From the NCBI GenBank assembly GCA_051530055.1, contig CM121341.1, positions 7,170,784 to 7,234,783 of the forward strand: 64,000 nucleotides of DNA, read 5' to 3'. Position 1 is the stretch's first letter, and each line of letters opens with the position of its first letter. Positions 37,735 to 48,556 of this stretch are shown here, one piece after another. A program made the translations under genes and the position numbers. The stretch is from Neoechinorhynchus agilis (taxonomy: Eukaryota > Animalia > Acanthocephala). The notes beneath the pieces were generated by a model that saw nothing but the letters and a program-made list of their open reading frames with translations, was not told the DNA's origin and did no database searches.

Positions 37735-38190
37735 CGGACTCTTCGGGGAGACACGGTCTCATATGCAAGACGTCAGCGATTTCCAAGGCATGCTGAAATC
37801 AATGCCATTCTGAGTAGGACTCTAAAAACGCTTTCCTTCCCAAACATTCTAGAACCCACTAATCTTTGTAGATTAGATGGATTCCTTGGCGGGAGGGAAA
37901 ATGTTTTGGCAAACTCCAACATCAGCCACTCGAAAAAAGGTCCAGGAGGAGCGCCGACGGCGACAGAGGAGCGGAAATGCTCGAAATACAGGGAGCTAAT
38001 CCGAAATTACCATTTTGTTCCCTTCGGTGTGGAAACGTACCTTGGGAGGGTCGGCACTGGCCCTCCTCGTGAAGGACTTGGGGAAACGAATCAACGCGGC
38101 GACTGGAGAGCCAAGATCGACTTTGTTCCTAGCCCAAAAAATAAGGATTGCGGTGCAGCGGGGCAATGCGGCCAGCGCCGATGAATAGGA
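37735..38190 (+). mobile_element. 3' fragment of a CRE-clade-like non-LTR retrotransposon (zinc knuckle plus restriction-like endonuclease)
   Basis: Frameshifted remnants GRHGLIC, FPRHAEINAIL, LEP..L.RLDG, IPW..GK, EERKCSKYREL...FVPFGVET, KDLGKRI...TGEPRS..FLAQKI.IAVQRGNAAS. Confidence 0.75.
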
Positions 38191-38604
38191 GCGGAGAGGA
38201 TGTAAACAATGCATAGATAAATTGTATACAAATAAATTTATGATAGAGATTTCCATTTAAAATTTCGTTAAAGCTTGACCATTAAATGACAAAGTAATCC
38301 TTCATTTTGCACGATTTTTAACATAACATTTTTTGAATTCTGTTTTCAAGTTAAAGCGTCGATAAAAACCCGTAGAACTGAGAATAAATTGTGTTATTGA
38401 ACTTTGTGAATGCTTAAATGATCTTTAATAAGTCTCATGACGGAAGATTTTTTAGATTTTGAACAATTTTTGATCCTTCAGAAATTTGTGAGCCACAAAT
38501 TTAATTTTTTGAAGAAAATAAGACAAGAATAAAATACAATTTTATTAAATTCTAAATCTAATGATGTTCATCCCATTTTGATGGACGCTAACTAAAATGA
38601 TCAC

Positions 38605-38955
38605 TCATTTTTCCGTCGTCTTGCGAATGTTATCTTCGCTGCGTTTCTTATTAATATCCCTTTGATGCTTTAGCCAACGAATCCGTCCATTCATTCCATG
38701 AAGAATGTCAAATAGTTTCTTATGTTCTGGTAGACGTGTTGGATTAAAGGGATAAGCACTATTGGGAACCGATGATCTACTCTCAGACAAACGACTATCC
38801 GAGGACATTGCATTTCCTGATGTTTTGATGCTATTTTCATAAGTTAGCTCTTTACTTGAATCTTTCAATGTTTCCATATTACTTGCTTCGGGCTTATTTT
38901 TTGGAATTTCCTTTTGTTCGTTATTGTCAATTTGCTTTTCTATTGGAGACGACAT
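38605..38955 (-). CDS. Uncharacterised small protein (~116 aa)
   Basis: Stop-free ORF from ATG 38955 (MSSPIEKQ...) with protein-like composition; no family recognised. Confidence 0.5.
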   Translation of the reverse strand: MSSPIEKQIDNNEQKEIPKNKPEASNMETLKDSSKELTYENSIKTSGNAMSSDSRLSESRSSVPNSAYPFNPTRLPEHKKLFDILHGMNGRIRWLKHQRDINKKRSEDNIRKTTEK

Positions 38956-41900
38956 TGTGAATTTATGATCGTAGATTATTTGCAAGATATATGAAGTTAA
39001 AACGATGAACGCTAAACTTATCGCTGATCGATCGTATGAACAGTTATAGCGTGCGAAAATAAAGCTTTATTGAAGGAGTATTTTATTTGGTGTCACGTGA
39101 TGCGATTTTCTTGGTACGGTAATTATACCCTAAATTGCATCTGATTGTTTTCATAATTCTCTCATCAGTCAAAAGGGCATTTTATTAGTTTTTTACAATT
39201 TATTGAGAAAAAGTCTATAATTATACAATAATTGTAAATTAAGGAAACGAGGTAATGGGGAATGTGATTGGAATTATTGTTTCTCTATCGATTTGTTTTA
39301 CTGCTCAATCTTTAACGTATGCTTTTTTCTATACTGCTTAATATTAGGCAACTTTATTCTTGGAACATCGTATTAAAAGTCCCGTTGATGTTCGCTCAAA
39401 AGCTTTAGTTATTTGGACTTTTCATAGCATCCGAGGCCATATATCATAGTTTTTGAGTAGAATAAGCCGTTCACCGTTCGTCACTTAAAATTGATCATAA
39501 AAGACATTTATTGGTAATTGGGAGTCGCTTATGCTATTTTGAATTATTCCTTTAAGTATTTAAGGTTTTTTTGGGATGCTTTCAAAAAAATAAGACAAAC
39601 TTTACTTATACAGCAACGGAATTTAAACACAAATCGATTCTCCATTCGTTTATGAAAATGAAAACTAAATCGCTCCAAAGTCCAAATATAATTTCTCTTG
39701 AAAAACACGAAATGCAACGAAATTGATTTCTACGCTTCGAGAAACATTAAATTCAGTAATCGTCAATTTTAATTTTTCATTGAATTAGAATGATGATCAA
39801 AGAAATCTAAAATGCGTAGAATTGCATATTTAAATGTTCTAAACTTTTTGTGATGTCAAGAATCAAGCCATTAGAAGACTAGATGATTACAACTGTATCC
39901 AAGGTTCACATTGTCAGTAAAAAGCATGTTATTTTGTAAAAATTAAAACGCTAAATCATTTGATTAAGATCAAAGTGTCGTTTGTTTCACTGACATATTC
40001 AACTCGATTTTTTTAAATTATTTTTGCGGCATTGTTAGGCATAACGATGTTGCACACAAAACTTCAAAAAAAATCAAATTAGTCAAAAGTCCCTTCTGGG
40101 ACGTTACATTTAATCGAAATGACAAATTTCATCTATCAACGCTTCTTCGACTTCAATATCATCGAATGTTAATGTATTTTTGTATATCGTATATTGAGAT
40201 CTTATTTGTAGAACTCACCACAACGAGTAACATTTAGAAATTCCATAATTTTGAATTATTTTAGAAAGCTAGAATTGTATTTCCGATCAAAAACTTTGTT
40301 TTTCGCAATTTTTGCTTTAAGGTTTCTGAGAAATTAAAGGTCATCTTATAAATTGCATTTTCCTTCAAGTTTTAATCTTTTGTTTATGCTTCACGGCTAA
40401 ACATTGTCAAACAAAAGATATGGCAAAAATTCGTAAATCCTGGAACTAAATTCTCAGTAAAATAAGAATAGCGCAGTGATTACTAATTTTAAAAGTTGTG
40501 TAGCTACAGAAGCCGAATTATGAGCCAATACGTTTTAATATTCGCAAAAAAGAAAACAAAGTGACTTTTAATTCCCGTATTAAATTTAATTTCAGCTCAT
40601 AGTTCACAAAAAAGTTTGCTCTGTTCATGTGTACAACAAGCGAGTTTATAAAATATATTTTATTTTAAAAAGTGGTTCGCATAAGTGCGCAAGTCACGTT
40701 TATGATTGCTAAAAATCATTGCCTAAAGGATAAATAATTGAAGACTTTACATTTAAAGTAGACGCTAAGGTTGCATAAGACTGTCTGTGGATCATTTTTG
40801 CCTATCGCGACCCTTTTAGCATTAAGAAAGTGTTGCTAAAGGTGAGCTTGACTAAAATATCCCACTTCACTAACCAATTCTAATGATCTAACTTTTACCA
40901 TTTGGAAAATAAAGGCAGTCTCTTAAGCTAAATTTAAATCGTAAGAGTTCATGAGCTATTGTGGGTTTAAAAAATACGATTAATGTGAGCTCGCACAACT
41001 CATAGAAATATACTGATTTTTAACTTACAAAATTAGTTCAAGTTATGTTTCTGGTTTCGTCCCTTTCGTGAAGATTTAATGATTTGTCTTCAAGAGATAA
41101 AAATCACTAGTAAACTAAATTCGACGTAATAAATCAGGTTGTTGACATTTACATCTTTTGGCCAATTGCCCATGATCTTAAAATCATTTCATGATATGCG
41201 CCATTGGCCATAATAGACTAAATCGTTTGATCTATTAAAAATGGGTAATAGCACAATGTGGCGATTAAATAGAACAAATGCTCTAACCTCGTAGACTACA
41301 ATGAAACCTATTTATGCCGATTCAAGCATTTTTACATCGTTCAAAGTATTTCTCGTCCTTAAAAGTCATTAAATGTCTTAGAGGAACCATGTATAAAACG
41401 ACAAAGAGCGAGTAATTTAGCCAGAATAAAAGACCGATTAGCAATAGATGGATAATTTTTAATTGGTTGTTCACCTTCGATATTGCTACACACTAAATAA
41501 GAGACTTATTTCAAATTAAAGAAATTGATAAAATCAATAACCCCAGACAATTATCCGAATAAAAGCATTTAATCGACAGTTTGATTCACATTCGAAAAAT
41601 TACAATATTTAAAGGACTTTTTAAAATTGATTTCTTTATTGGAAAAACCTATCTTTTAGAACTACATCTAATTTCGTGCAGAATGCATTCAAGAGAATTT
41701 CCATCTCTTAGCCGTAAAAAACATTACGTTGACCAATCAGTAGACGACGAAAAAATCAATTCGCTCATTTATCTCTACCACATAAAACTACCAATTATTT
41801 TCCTTCAGAATCATTTAAAAAAAGGGAAGCACCCAATGGCATTTCATCTCAGCAAACAAATTAATCGATTTATGTTGTGGCTGATTTCAGCGAGGATGTT

Positions 41901-41979
41901 CATATTTCCGACGTTAAATTAAAAAAATTCAAACCACGGGATTATAGCACTGTAAATATCTTCCATTTATCTCTATCGT

Positions 41980-44742
41980 CTCCTCAACAATTTTCACCGC
42001 GCATTTTTCGAAATACCAACTAAACTGTCATATCGATTTAAATTTAGCCGTAAAACTGTTTGTTTTGTTACCGTTTGAAACAATCGTTCGTTTCGAAACG
42101 CATCAATAAAAATACTCGGTGATTGTAAATTTTAAGTTTCTCAATTGCTCCTTTTTATTTTTACGATCTTTATTGTAAGTTGATCCCAGGAAACCATTTT
42201 ATTAATCAACGTTCTATTTTAAGGAGCGAAATGTCTTACTATCAATCAAATGGCAACAATGACAACTCAGGATATCAAAGAATTAATGAAGAAGTTTCAA
42301 GAGTTAGAAACTACGACATCAACAAGTTTTATGACTTGACTTACAAAGGTACCCCAATGTTAAAGATGTATCCTACAAAAATCTTGATTCGTATTGCTTT
42401 AGAAATCATCAGTCAAAGTCAACAAAACGATGAGGAATCTGGCATCGGTATGGATTTTGGTTCGTTTGCAAGAGAAAAAGCAAATAGTGAATTGGAAAAA
42501 ATCGACATCCTTAGCAATCACGATTCTGGATACGACGGTATTCGTGCTTGGCAGGAACGCTCGTTTGCCCTTTATGGAGACGGTGGTGTAATGGACAATA
42601 TATTCGATTTTTCTGAGAATGAGGATCGGAAAACTATTCAACGACACCATGAACCGCCTGTCGAGCAATTTAAGAGCACCAATTTTCGCCAGTGTACAAG
42701 TCAATTCAATATTCTCGATCAAGATTTAAACTCGGAAAATAGTGTTCCAGTGCGACCTCCGCTTTTCGACGACTTGATGTTTTCCGATTGTCGTGCCGGG
42801 AAGCCAAGTCCAGAAAGAGCTTCACAAGTACCACGAGTACAGATCGTTCCTTTTCTTGAGACTGGCGGATTTGGGGAAGGCGATAACGAGTTCTCTGAGC
42901 CAAACGGAATCGAACTGACAAAGGACGGAAAGGTGATCGTTGTTGATACCAACAAACATCAGATAAAGTTCTTCGATCTCAACGGGACATTTTTGTATAG
43001 ATTTGGAATGCCAGGAAAGGCACTCGGAAAACTTCTTTATCCTTGCAAAGTGGCCCTAACACCCGGCACCGAGGATCTCGTGATTATACAACGCAGTCCT
43101 CTGCCTCAGGTTCAGATATTCGATCAAAAGGGTGGAATCCGTCATCGATTCGGTAACGATCATCTTTTGGTTCCACGCGGAGTTTGTGTCGATGAGAAGG
43201 GCAACATTATTGTAATGGAAAGCAAGGTAATGCGATGCCACATATTTTCGACAAGTGGCCGGCACATCCGGACAATGACTCTAACGAACCATCTTCGATT
43301 TCCATACGACATTTGCGCTGCCAAAGGAATCATCTTTATTGCTGACAATCAAGCACATTGTGTTAAGCTTTTTAGTTACAGTGGAGATTATGTTGGAGCA
43401 ATTGGCGAGAAGGTCACAAAGTATCCAGTATCCGTGAAGATTGTTGCCGGTGATAAGTTACTCGTTGCGGACAATCACGAGAATTTTAATGTTTATTTGT
43501 TTTCACTTCACGATGGTCGCCATTTACAATCCTTTTATAGTAGTATAAAGCATGCTCAATGCTACGATATTGCGGTCAACGACAACATGTACTTGGTGAT
43601 GACTACAAAGGATTTTAGAGTTTACGGATATCGTTTGCCACCAACACCAGTGATCGATCAGCGTGAATCCATTTGCTCTAAACTTGTTGGATATTCACAT
43701 GAACGAGCCGACCGAACCGTTGATTATCAAAGAATGTTCCCTCAAGACTGGAACTTATTTAAAGGGCTACATTGAGTACACCCGTGGCCCAATAATATTT
43801 TTTGACAATCTAATGTGCACCATTAATCAATGCAGCAGCTTAATCGTTATCAATTTACCAATCTTCTTCAAAATCGTTTGTCTATTCAATCGTCGTGCAC
43901 TCGCGTCCATGCAATTTTTTTATCAATTTTCTATTCTTTATCTATTAATCTTTAATGTGCGCGTGTGCGAGGGTGTAAGTGCTTTTAAATCTAAAATTGT
44001 GATAATCTGTACCAAAAGACAATAAAATTGTTCTGAACTCTTTTTTTGGTATAATGAATGTTGGTCTGAATGGGATTTTTGAGGGCAATGCTATCAAGAA
44101 AAGAGCAACAACGTCTCAATCAACTGAACTTTTCGAAAGCATTCGACTCCGTAGACCATTCACTACTTTTTCAGGCCTGCTATGATTTCGGTCTCAACTT
44201 ATGGCACACATTTAGTGCAGGGCTATCTCATCGATCATTAAATACTTCACCAAATGCGTACTTCAAGGTGTCGTCCCATCACCACTTCTTTTTAATAATT
44301 TCATTAACCAGCTTCATCTCACTTTCATCAATCAATCACCCACCCACTTCTCCATCTCCTTAACCTCTAACGAAACAATCCATATGAAAGATTTATGCAC
44401 CAATCACAAACTCTACATGAATGTCTCTAAATGCTTTGAAATGATCCCCTAAATCTCCTGTATCTGACGAGTCACCTCCTTCAGAATTCTGGGCTTCAAA
44501 TTTCAATCAAACCTGAAATAGGACTCACACATTTTACCAAAGCTTTATTATCCCGTCTTTTGCAACCTTCCTCAATCACTAATCCTTCGATTTGAAACGT
44601 TTCACAGAAGAGCATCTAAAATTTGCACAATTGATTTCCCGATTCAACAAACAAACAAAACGACTATCACCCCTTGAACCACAATTTTTACCACATTTTA
44701 TTCCCATTTTCACACGAGCACAACAATCGTAATCCTAACTCG
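41980..44742 (+). repeat. Left arm of a ~2.76-kb inverted segmental duplication
   Basis: Reverse complement of ~45826-48556; mirrored ORF track. Differences seen: one SNP near the outer edge and an ~33-nt indel near the inner edge. Confidence 0.95.
42231..43775 (+). CDS. brat: Brain-tumor (Brat/NCL-1)-like NHL-repeat protein, copy 1
   Basis: The NHL domain follows the Brat pattern closely (F.EP.G, LLYP.KVA, QRSP..QVQIFD, PRGV.VD.KG.IIV.ESKVMR, DN.AHCVK.F, ADNH.NFN, KHAQC.D.A, KD.RVY.YR). No B-boxes in this ORF. First ATG at 42231; frame open from 42180. Confidence 0.9.
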   Translation: MSYYQSNGNNDNSGYQRINEEVSRVRNYDINKFYDLTYKGTPMLKMYPTKILIRIALEIISQSQQNDEESGIGMDFGSFAREKANSELEKIDILSNHDSGYDGIRAWQERSFALYGDGGVMDNIFDFSENEDRKTIQRHHEPPVEQFKSTNFRQCTSQFNILDQDLNSENSVPVRPPLFDDLMFSDCRAGKPSPERASQVPRVQIVPFLETGGFGEGDNEFSEPNGIELTKDGKVIVVDTNKHQIKFFDLNGTFLYRFGMPGKALGKLLYPCKVALTPGTEDLVIIQRSPLPQVQIFDQKGGIRHRFGNDHLLVPRGVCVDEKGNIIVMESKVMRCHIFSTSGRHIRTMTLTNHLRFPYDICAAKGIIFIADNQAHCVKLFSYSGDYVGAIGEKVTKYPVSVKIVAGDKLLVADNHENFNVYLFSLHDGRHLQSFYSSIKHAQCYDIAVNDNMYLVMTTKDFRVYGYRLPPTPVIDQRESICSKLVGYSHERADRTVDYQRMFPQDWNLFKGLH

Positions 44743-44743
44743 T
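44100..44743 (+). mobile_element. L2/CR1-like LINE RT fragment in the left arm
   Basis: NFSKAFDSVDHSLL motif; downstream DNA homologous to 5100-5500. Confidence 0.7.
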
Positions 44744-45094
44744 ATGGGATTTTTGAGGGCAATGCTATCAAGAGTCTAGGTGATTGGTTAATTCTCTAAT
44801 GTTAGAGATCAGTTTTGTCTGAATCCCAGTAAGGGATGATCTGAAAAAACGCTACATCATTTGATTAACATGAATTTAAGCTTTAGCCGAAATCTGATAG
44901 TGAACATTGAACAAAAAAATCACCCAGTAGTTGAATCTCACTTGACGAAACAGAGAATGTGTCTCATGGGAACACGATGTAAGTGAAATGGCGTTTAAAA
45001 TTTATAATTAAAATTTCAAATTTCCAGCCAATAAATTTTTAATTTCATTTATTTTCTCCTATCGACAAATCCAACGTCTTTGATTTGTAAGGCT

Positions 45095-45301
45095 GACGAA
45101 GTTCATTGCAAGTGTCCAGCACACCGAATATTTAGCGAATTGCGGGGTATCTGCGTTCCGGATCGTCAACAATGCAATTGTATGAATGAAGGACAATGTG
45201 TATTGTCGCCCATGGGTACAATGGAGTGTATTTGCAAACCCGGATATGGAGGTTATCCAGTCAGCGGACCCAACAATGACCGCGCCCTCGATATCATCTA
45301 A
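45095..45301 (+). CDS. Orphan EGF-like exon in the spacer of the inverted repeat
   Basis: HCKCPAHRIFSELRGICVPDRQQCNCMNEGQCVLSPMGTMECICKPGYGG has EGF-type Cys spacing; preceded by a TTGTAAG acceptor; no flanking exons found. Confidence 0.55.
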   Translation, partial: DEVHCKCPAHRIFSELRGICVPDRQQCNCMNEGQCVLSPMGTMECICKPGYGGYPVSGPNNDRALDII

Positions 45302-45639
45302 AACCATCAATGCTTTATTAAGATCGTTTTTACGAATCTCCGTTTCGCAAATCAAGGATAGGCCCACGTTTGGATTGAGATCAGGAAAATGAACGTTGAA
45401 TATTACAAAATATTTACGGTCGATGTGAGCTCTCTTTTTACCAATGCCCCACTGTCTAAAACGATTATAATAACACGTTGCTCCTTTGTTCAATCTTCTG
45501 ACGACGAAAAGTTTTTGCTGGTGGTGTCGATGCTTCTTTGTTATTTCTACTGAAATTTTTGTTCGGAAAATATATTGTATTATTAATTACCAAAAGGAAA
45601 TTGGAACCTTTGGATCCTTATGAACACTAGAGTTCTGAT

Positions 45640-46436
45640 AGGATAAATGAATGCGGTTGTTGATTTGGGCGGGTGGGCGAATCGGTGGTTATTGTTTGCA
45701 GGAGCGTTTTTTAAGGTTGGTCTTTCCTCAGAATCATTTCAAGTTCTGGTATTCGATCGAAGATTGGGCAGCATTAAAAAAAGGAGCGTAGGTTTAGGGA
45801 GGTTCGAGGTCGATAAAGGATGAAACGAATTAGGATTACGATTGTTGTGCTCGTGTGAAAATGGGAATAAAATGTGGTAGATTGTTTGTTGAATCGGGAA
45901 ATCAATTGTGCAAATTTTAGATGCTCTTCTGTGAAACGTTTCAAATCGAAGGATTAGTGATTGAGGAAGGTTGCAAAAGACGGGATAATAAAGCTTTGGT
46001 AAAATGTGTGAGTCCTATTTCAGGTTTGATTGAAATTTGAAGCCCAGAATTCTGAAGGAGGTGACTCGTCAGATACAGGAGATTTAGGGGATCATTTCAA
46101 AGCATTTAGAGACATTCATGTAGAGTTTGTGATTGGTGCATAAATCTTTCATATGGATTGTTTCGTTAGAGGTTAAGGAGATGGAGAAGTGGGTGGGTGA
46201 TTGATTGATGAAAGTGAGATGAAGCTGGTTAATGAAATTATTAAAAAGAAGTGGTGATGGGACGACACCTTGAAGTACGCATTTGGTGAAGTATTTAATG
46301 ATCGATGAGATAGCCCTGCACTAAATGTGTGCCATAAGTTGAGACCGAAATCATAGCAGGCCTGAAAAAGTAGTGAATGGTCTACGGAGTCGAATGCTTT
46401 CGAAAAGTTCAGTTGATTGAGACGTTGTTGCTCTTT
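45640..46436 (-). mobile_element. L2/CR1-like LINE RT fragment in the right arm, with a longer 3' end than the left copy
   Basis: Mirror of 44100-44743 plus ~185 nt more that is homologous to 5040-5190. Confidence 0.7.
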
Positions 46437-48556
46437 TCTTGATAGCATTGCCCTCAAAAATCCCATTCAGACCAACATTCATTATACCAAAAAAAGAGTT
46501 CAGAACAATTTTATTGTCTTTTGGTACAGATTATCACAATTTTAGATTTAAAAGCACTTACACCCTCGCACACGCGCACATTAAAGATTAATAGATAAAG
46601 AATAGAAAATTGATAAAAAAATTGCATGGACGCGAGTGCACGACGATTGAATAGACAAACGATTTTGAAGAAGATTGGTAAATTGATAACGATTAAGCTG
46701 CTGCATTGATTAATGGTGCACATTAGATTGTCAAAAAATATTATTGGGCCACGGGTGTACTCAATGTAGCCCTTTAAATAAGTTCCAGTCTTGAGGGAAC
46801 ATTCTTTGATAATCAACGGTTCGGTCGGCTCGTTCATGTGAATATCCAACAAGTTTAGAGCAAATGGATTCACGCTGATCGATCACTGGTGTTGGTGGCA
46901 AACGATATCCGTAAACTCTAAAATCCTTTGTAGTCATCACCAAGTACATGTTGTCGTTGACCGCAATATCGTAGCATTGAGCATGCTTTATACTACTATA
47001 AAAGGATTGTAAATGGCGACCATCGTGAAGTGAAAACAAATAAACATTAAAATTCTCGTGATTGTCCGCAACGAGTAACTTATCACCGGCAACAATCTTC
47101 ACGGATACTGGATACTTTGTGACCTTCTCGCCAATTGCTCCAACATAATCTCCACTGTAACTAAAAAGCTTAACACAATGTGCTTGATTGTCAGCAATAA
47201 AGATGATTCCTTTGGCAGCGCAAATGTCGTATGGAAATCGAAGATGGTTCGTTAGAGTCATTGTCCGGATGTGCCGGCCACTTGTCGAAAATATGTGGCA
47301 TCGCATTACCTTGCTTTCCATTACAATAATGTTGCCCTTCTCATCGACACAAACTCCGCGTGGAACCAAAAGATGATCGTTACCGAATCGATGACGGATT
47401 CCACCCTTTTGATCGAATATCTGAACCTGAGGCAGAGGACTGCGTTGTATAATCACGAGATCCTCGGTGCCGGGTGTTAGGGCCACTTTGCAAGGATAAA
47501 GAAGTTTTCCGAGTGCCTTTCCTGGCATTCCAAATCTATACAAAAATGTCCCGTTGAGATCGAAGAACTTTATCTGATGTTTGTTGGTATCAACAACGAT
47601 CACCTTTCCGTCCTTTGTCAGTTCGATTCCGTTTGGCTCAGAGAACTCGTTATCGCCTTCCCCAAATCCGCCAGTCTCAAGAAAAGGAACGATCTGTACT
47701 CGTGGTACTTGTGAAGCTCTTTCTGGACTTGGCTTCCCGGCACGACAATCGGAAAACATCAAGTCGTCGAAAAGCGGAGGTCGCACTGGAACACTATTTT
47801 CCGAGTTTAAATCTTGATCGAGAATATTGAATTGACTTGTACACTGGCGAAAATTGGTGCTCTTAAATTGCTCGACAGGCGGTTCATGGTGTCGTTGAAT
47901 AGTTTTCCGATCCTCATTCTCAGAAAAATCGAATATATTGTCCATTACACCACCGTCTCCATAAAGGGCAAACGAGCGTTCCTGCCAAGCACGAATACCG
48001 TCGTATCCAGAATCGTGATTGCTAAGGATGTCGATTTTTTCCAATTCACTATTTGCTTTTTCTCTTGCAAACGAACCAAAATCCATACCGATGCCAGATT
48101 CCTCATCGTTTTGTTGACTTTGACTGATGATTTCTAAAGCAATACGAATCAAGATTTTTGTAGGATACATCTTTAACATTGGGGTACCTTTGTAAGTCAA
48201 GTCATAAAACTTGTTGATGTCGTAGTTTCTAACTCTTGAAACTTCTTCATTAATTCTTTGATATCCTGAGTTGTCATTGTTGCCATTTGATTGATAGTAA
48301 GACATTTCGCTCCTTAAAATAGAACGTTGATTAATAAAATGGTTTCCTGGGATCAACTTACAATAAAGATCGTAAAAATAAAAAGGAGCAATTGAGAAAC
48401 TTAAAATTTACAATCACCGAGTATTTTTATTGATGCGTTTCGAAACGAACGATTGTTTCAAACGGTAACAAAACAAACAGTTTTACGGCTAAATTTAAAT
48501 CGATATGACAGTTTAGTTGGTATTTCGAAAAATGCGCGGTGAAAATTGCTGAGGAG
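45826..48556 (-). repeat. Right arm of the inverted segmental duplication
   Basis: Reverse complement of 41980-44742. Confidence 0.95.
46761..48305 (-). CDS. brat: Brat/NCL-1-like NHL-repeat protein, copy 2 (identical translation)
   Basis: The track ORF 46761..48356 translates identically to copy 1. Confidence 0.9.
   Translation of the reverse strand: MSYYQSNGNNDNSGYQRINEEVSRVRNYDINKFYDLTYKGTPMLKMYPTKILIRIALEIISQSQQNDEESGIGMDFGSFAREKANSELEKIDILSNHDSGYDGIRAWQERSFALYGDGGVMDNIFDFSENEDRKTIQRHHEPPVEQFKSTNFRQCTSQFNILDQDLNSENSVPVRPPLFDDLMFSDCRAGKPSPERASQVPRVQIVPFLETGGFGEGDNEFSEPNGIELTKDGKVIVVDTNKHQIKFFDLNGTFLYRFGMPGKALGKLLYPCKVALTPGTEDLVIIQRSPLPQVQIFDQKGGIRHRFGNDHLLVPRGVCVDEKGNIIVMESKVMRCHIFSTSGRHIRTMTLTNHLRFPYDICAAKGIIFIADNQAHCVKLFSYSGDYVGAIGEKVTKYPVSVKIVAGDKLLVADNHENFNVYLFSLHDGRHLQSFYSSIKHAQCYDIAVNDNMYLVMTTKDFRVYGYRLPPTPVIDQRESICSKLVGYSHERADRTVDYQRMFPQDWNLFKGLH

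Noticed and set aside
41581-41922. 113-aa ORF upstream of brat copy 1, and mirrored ORFs 43663..44025 / 46511..46873
   Set aside because: Low-complexity AT-rich or UTR-overlapping frames with no motif support.
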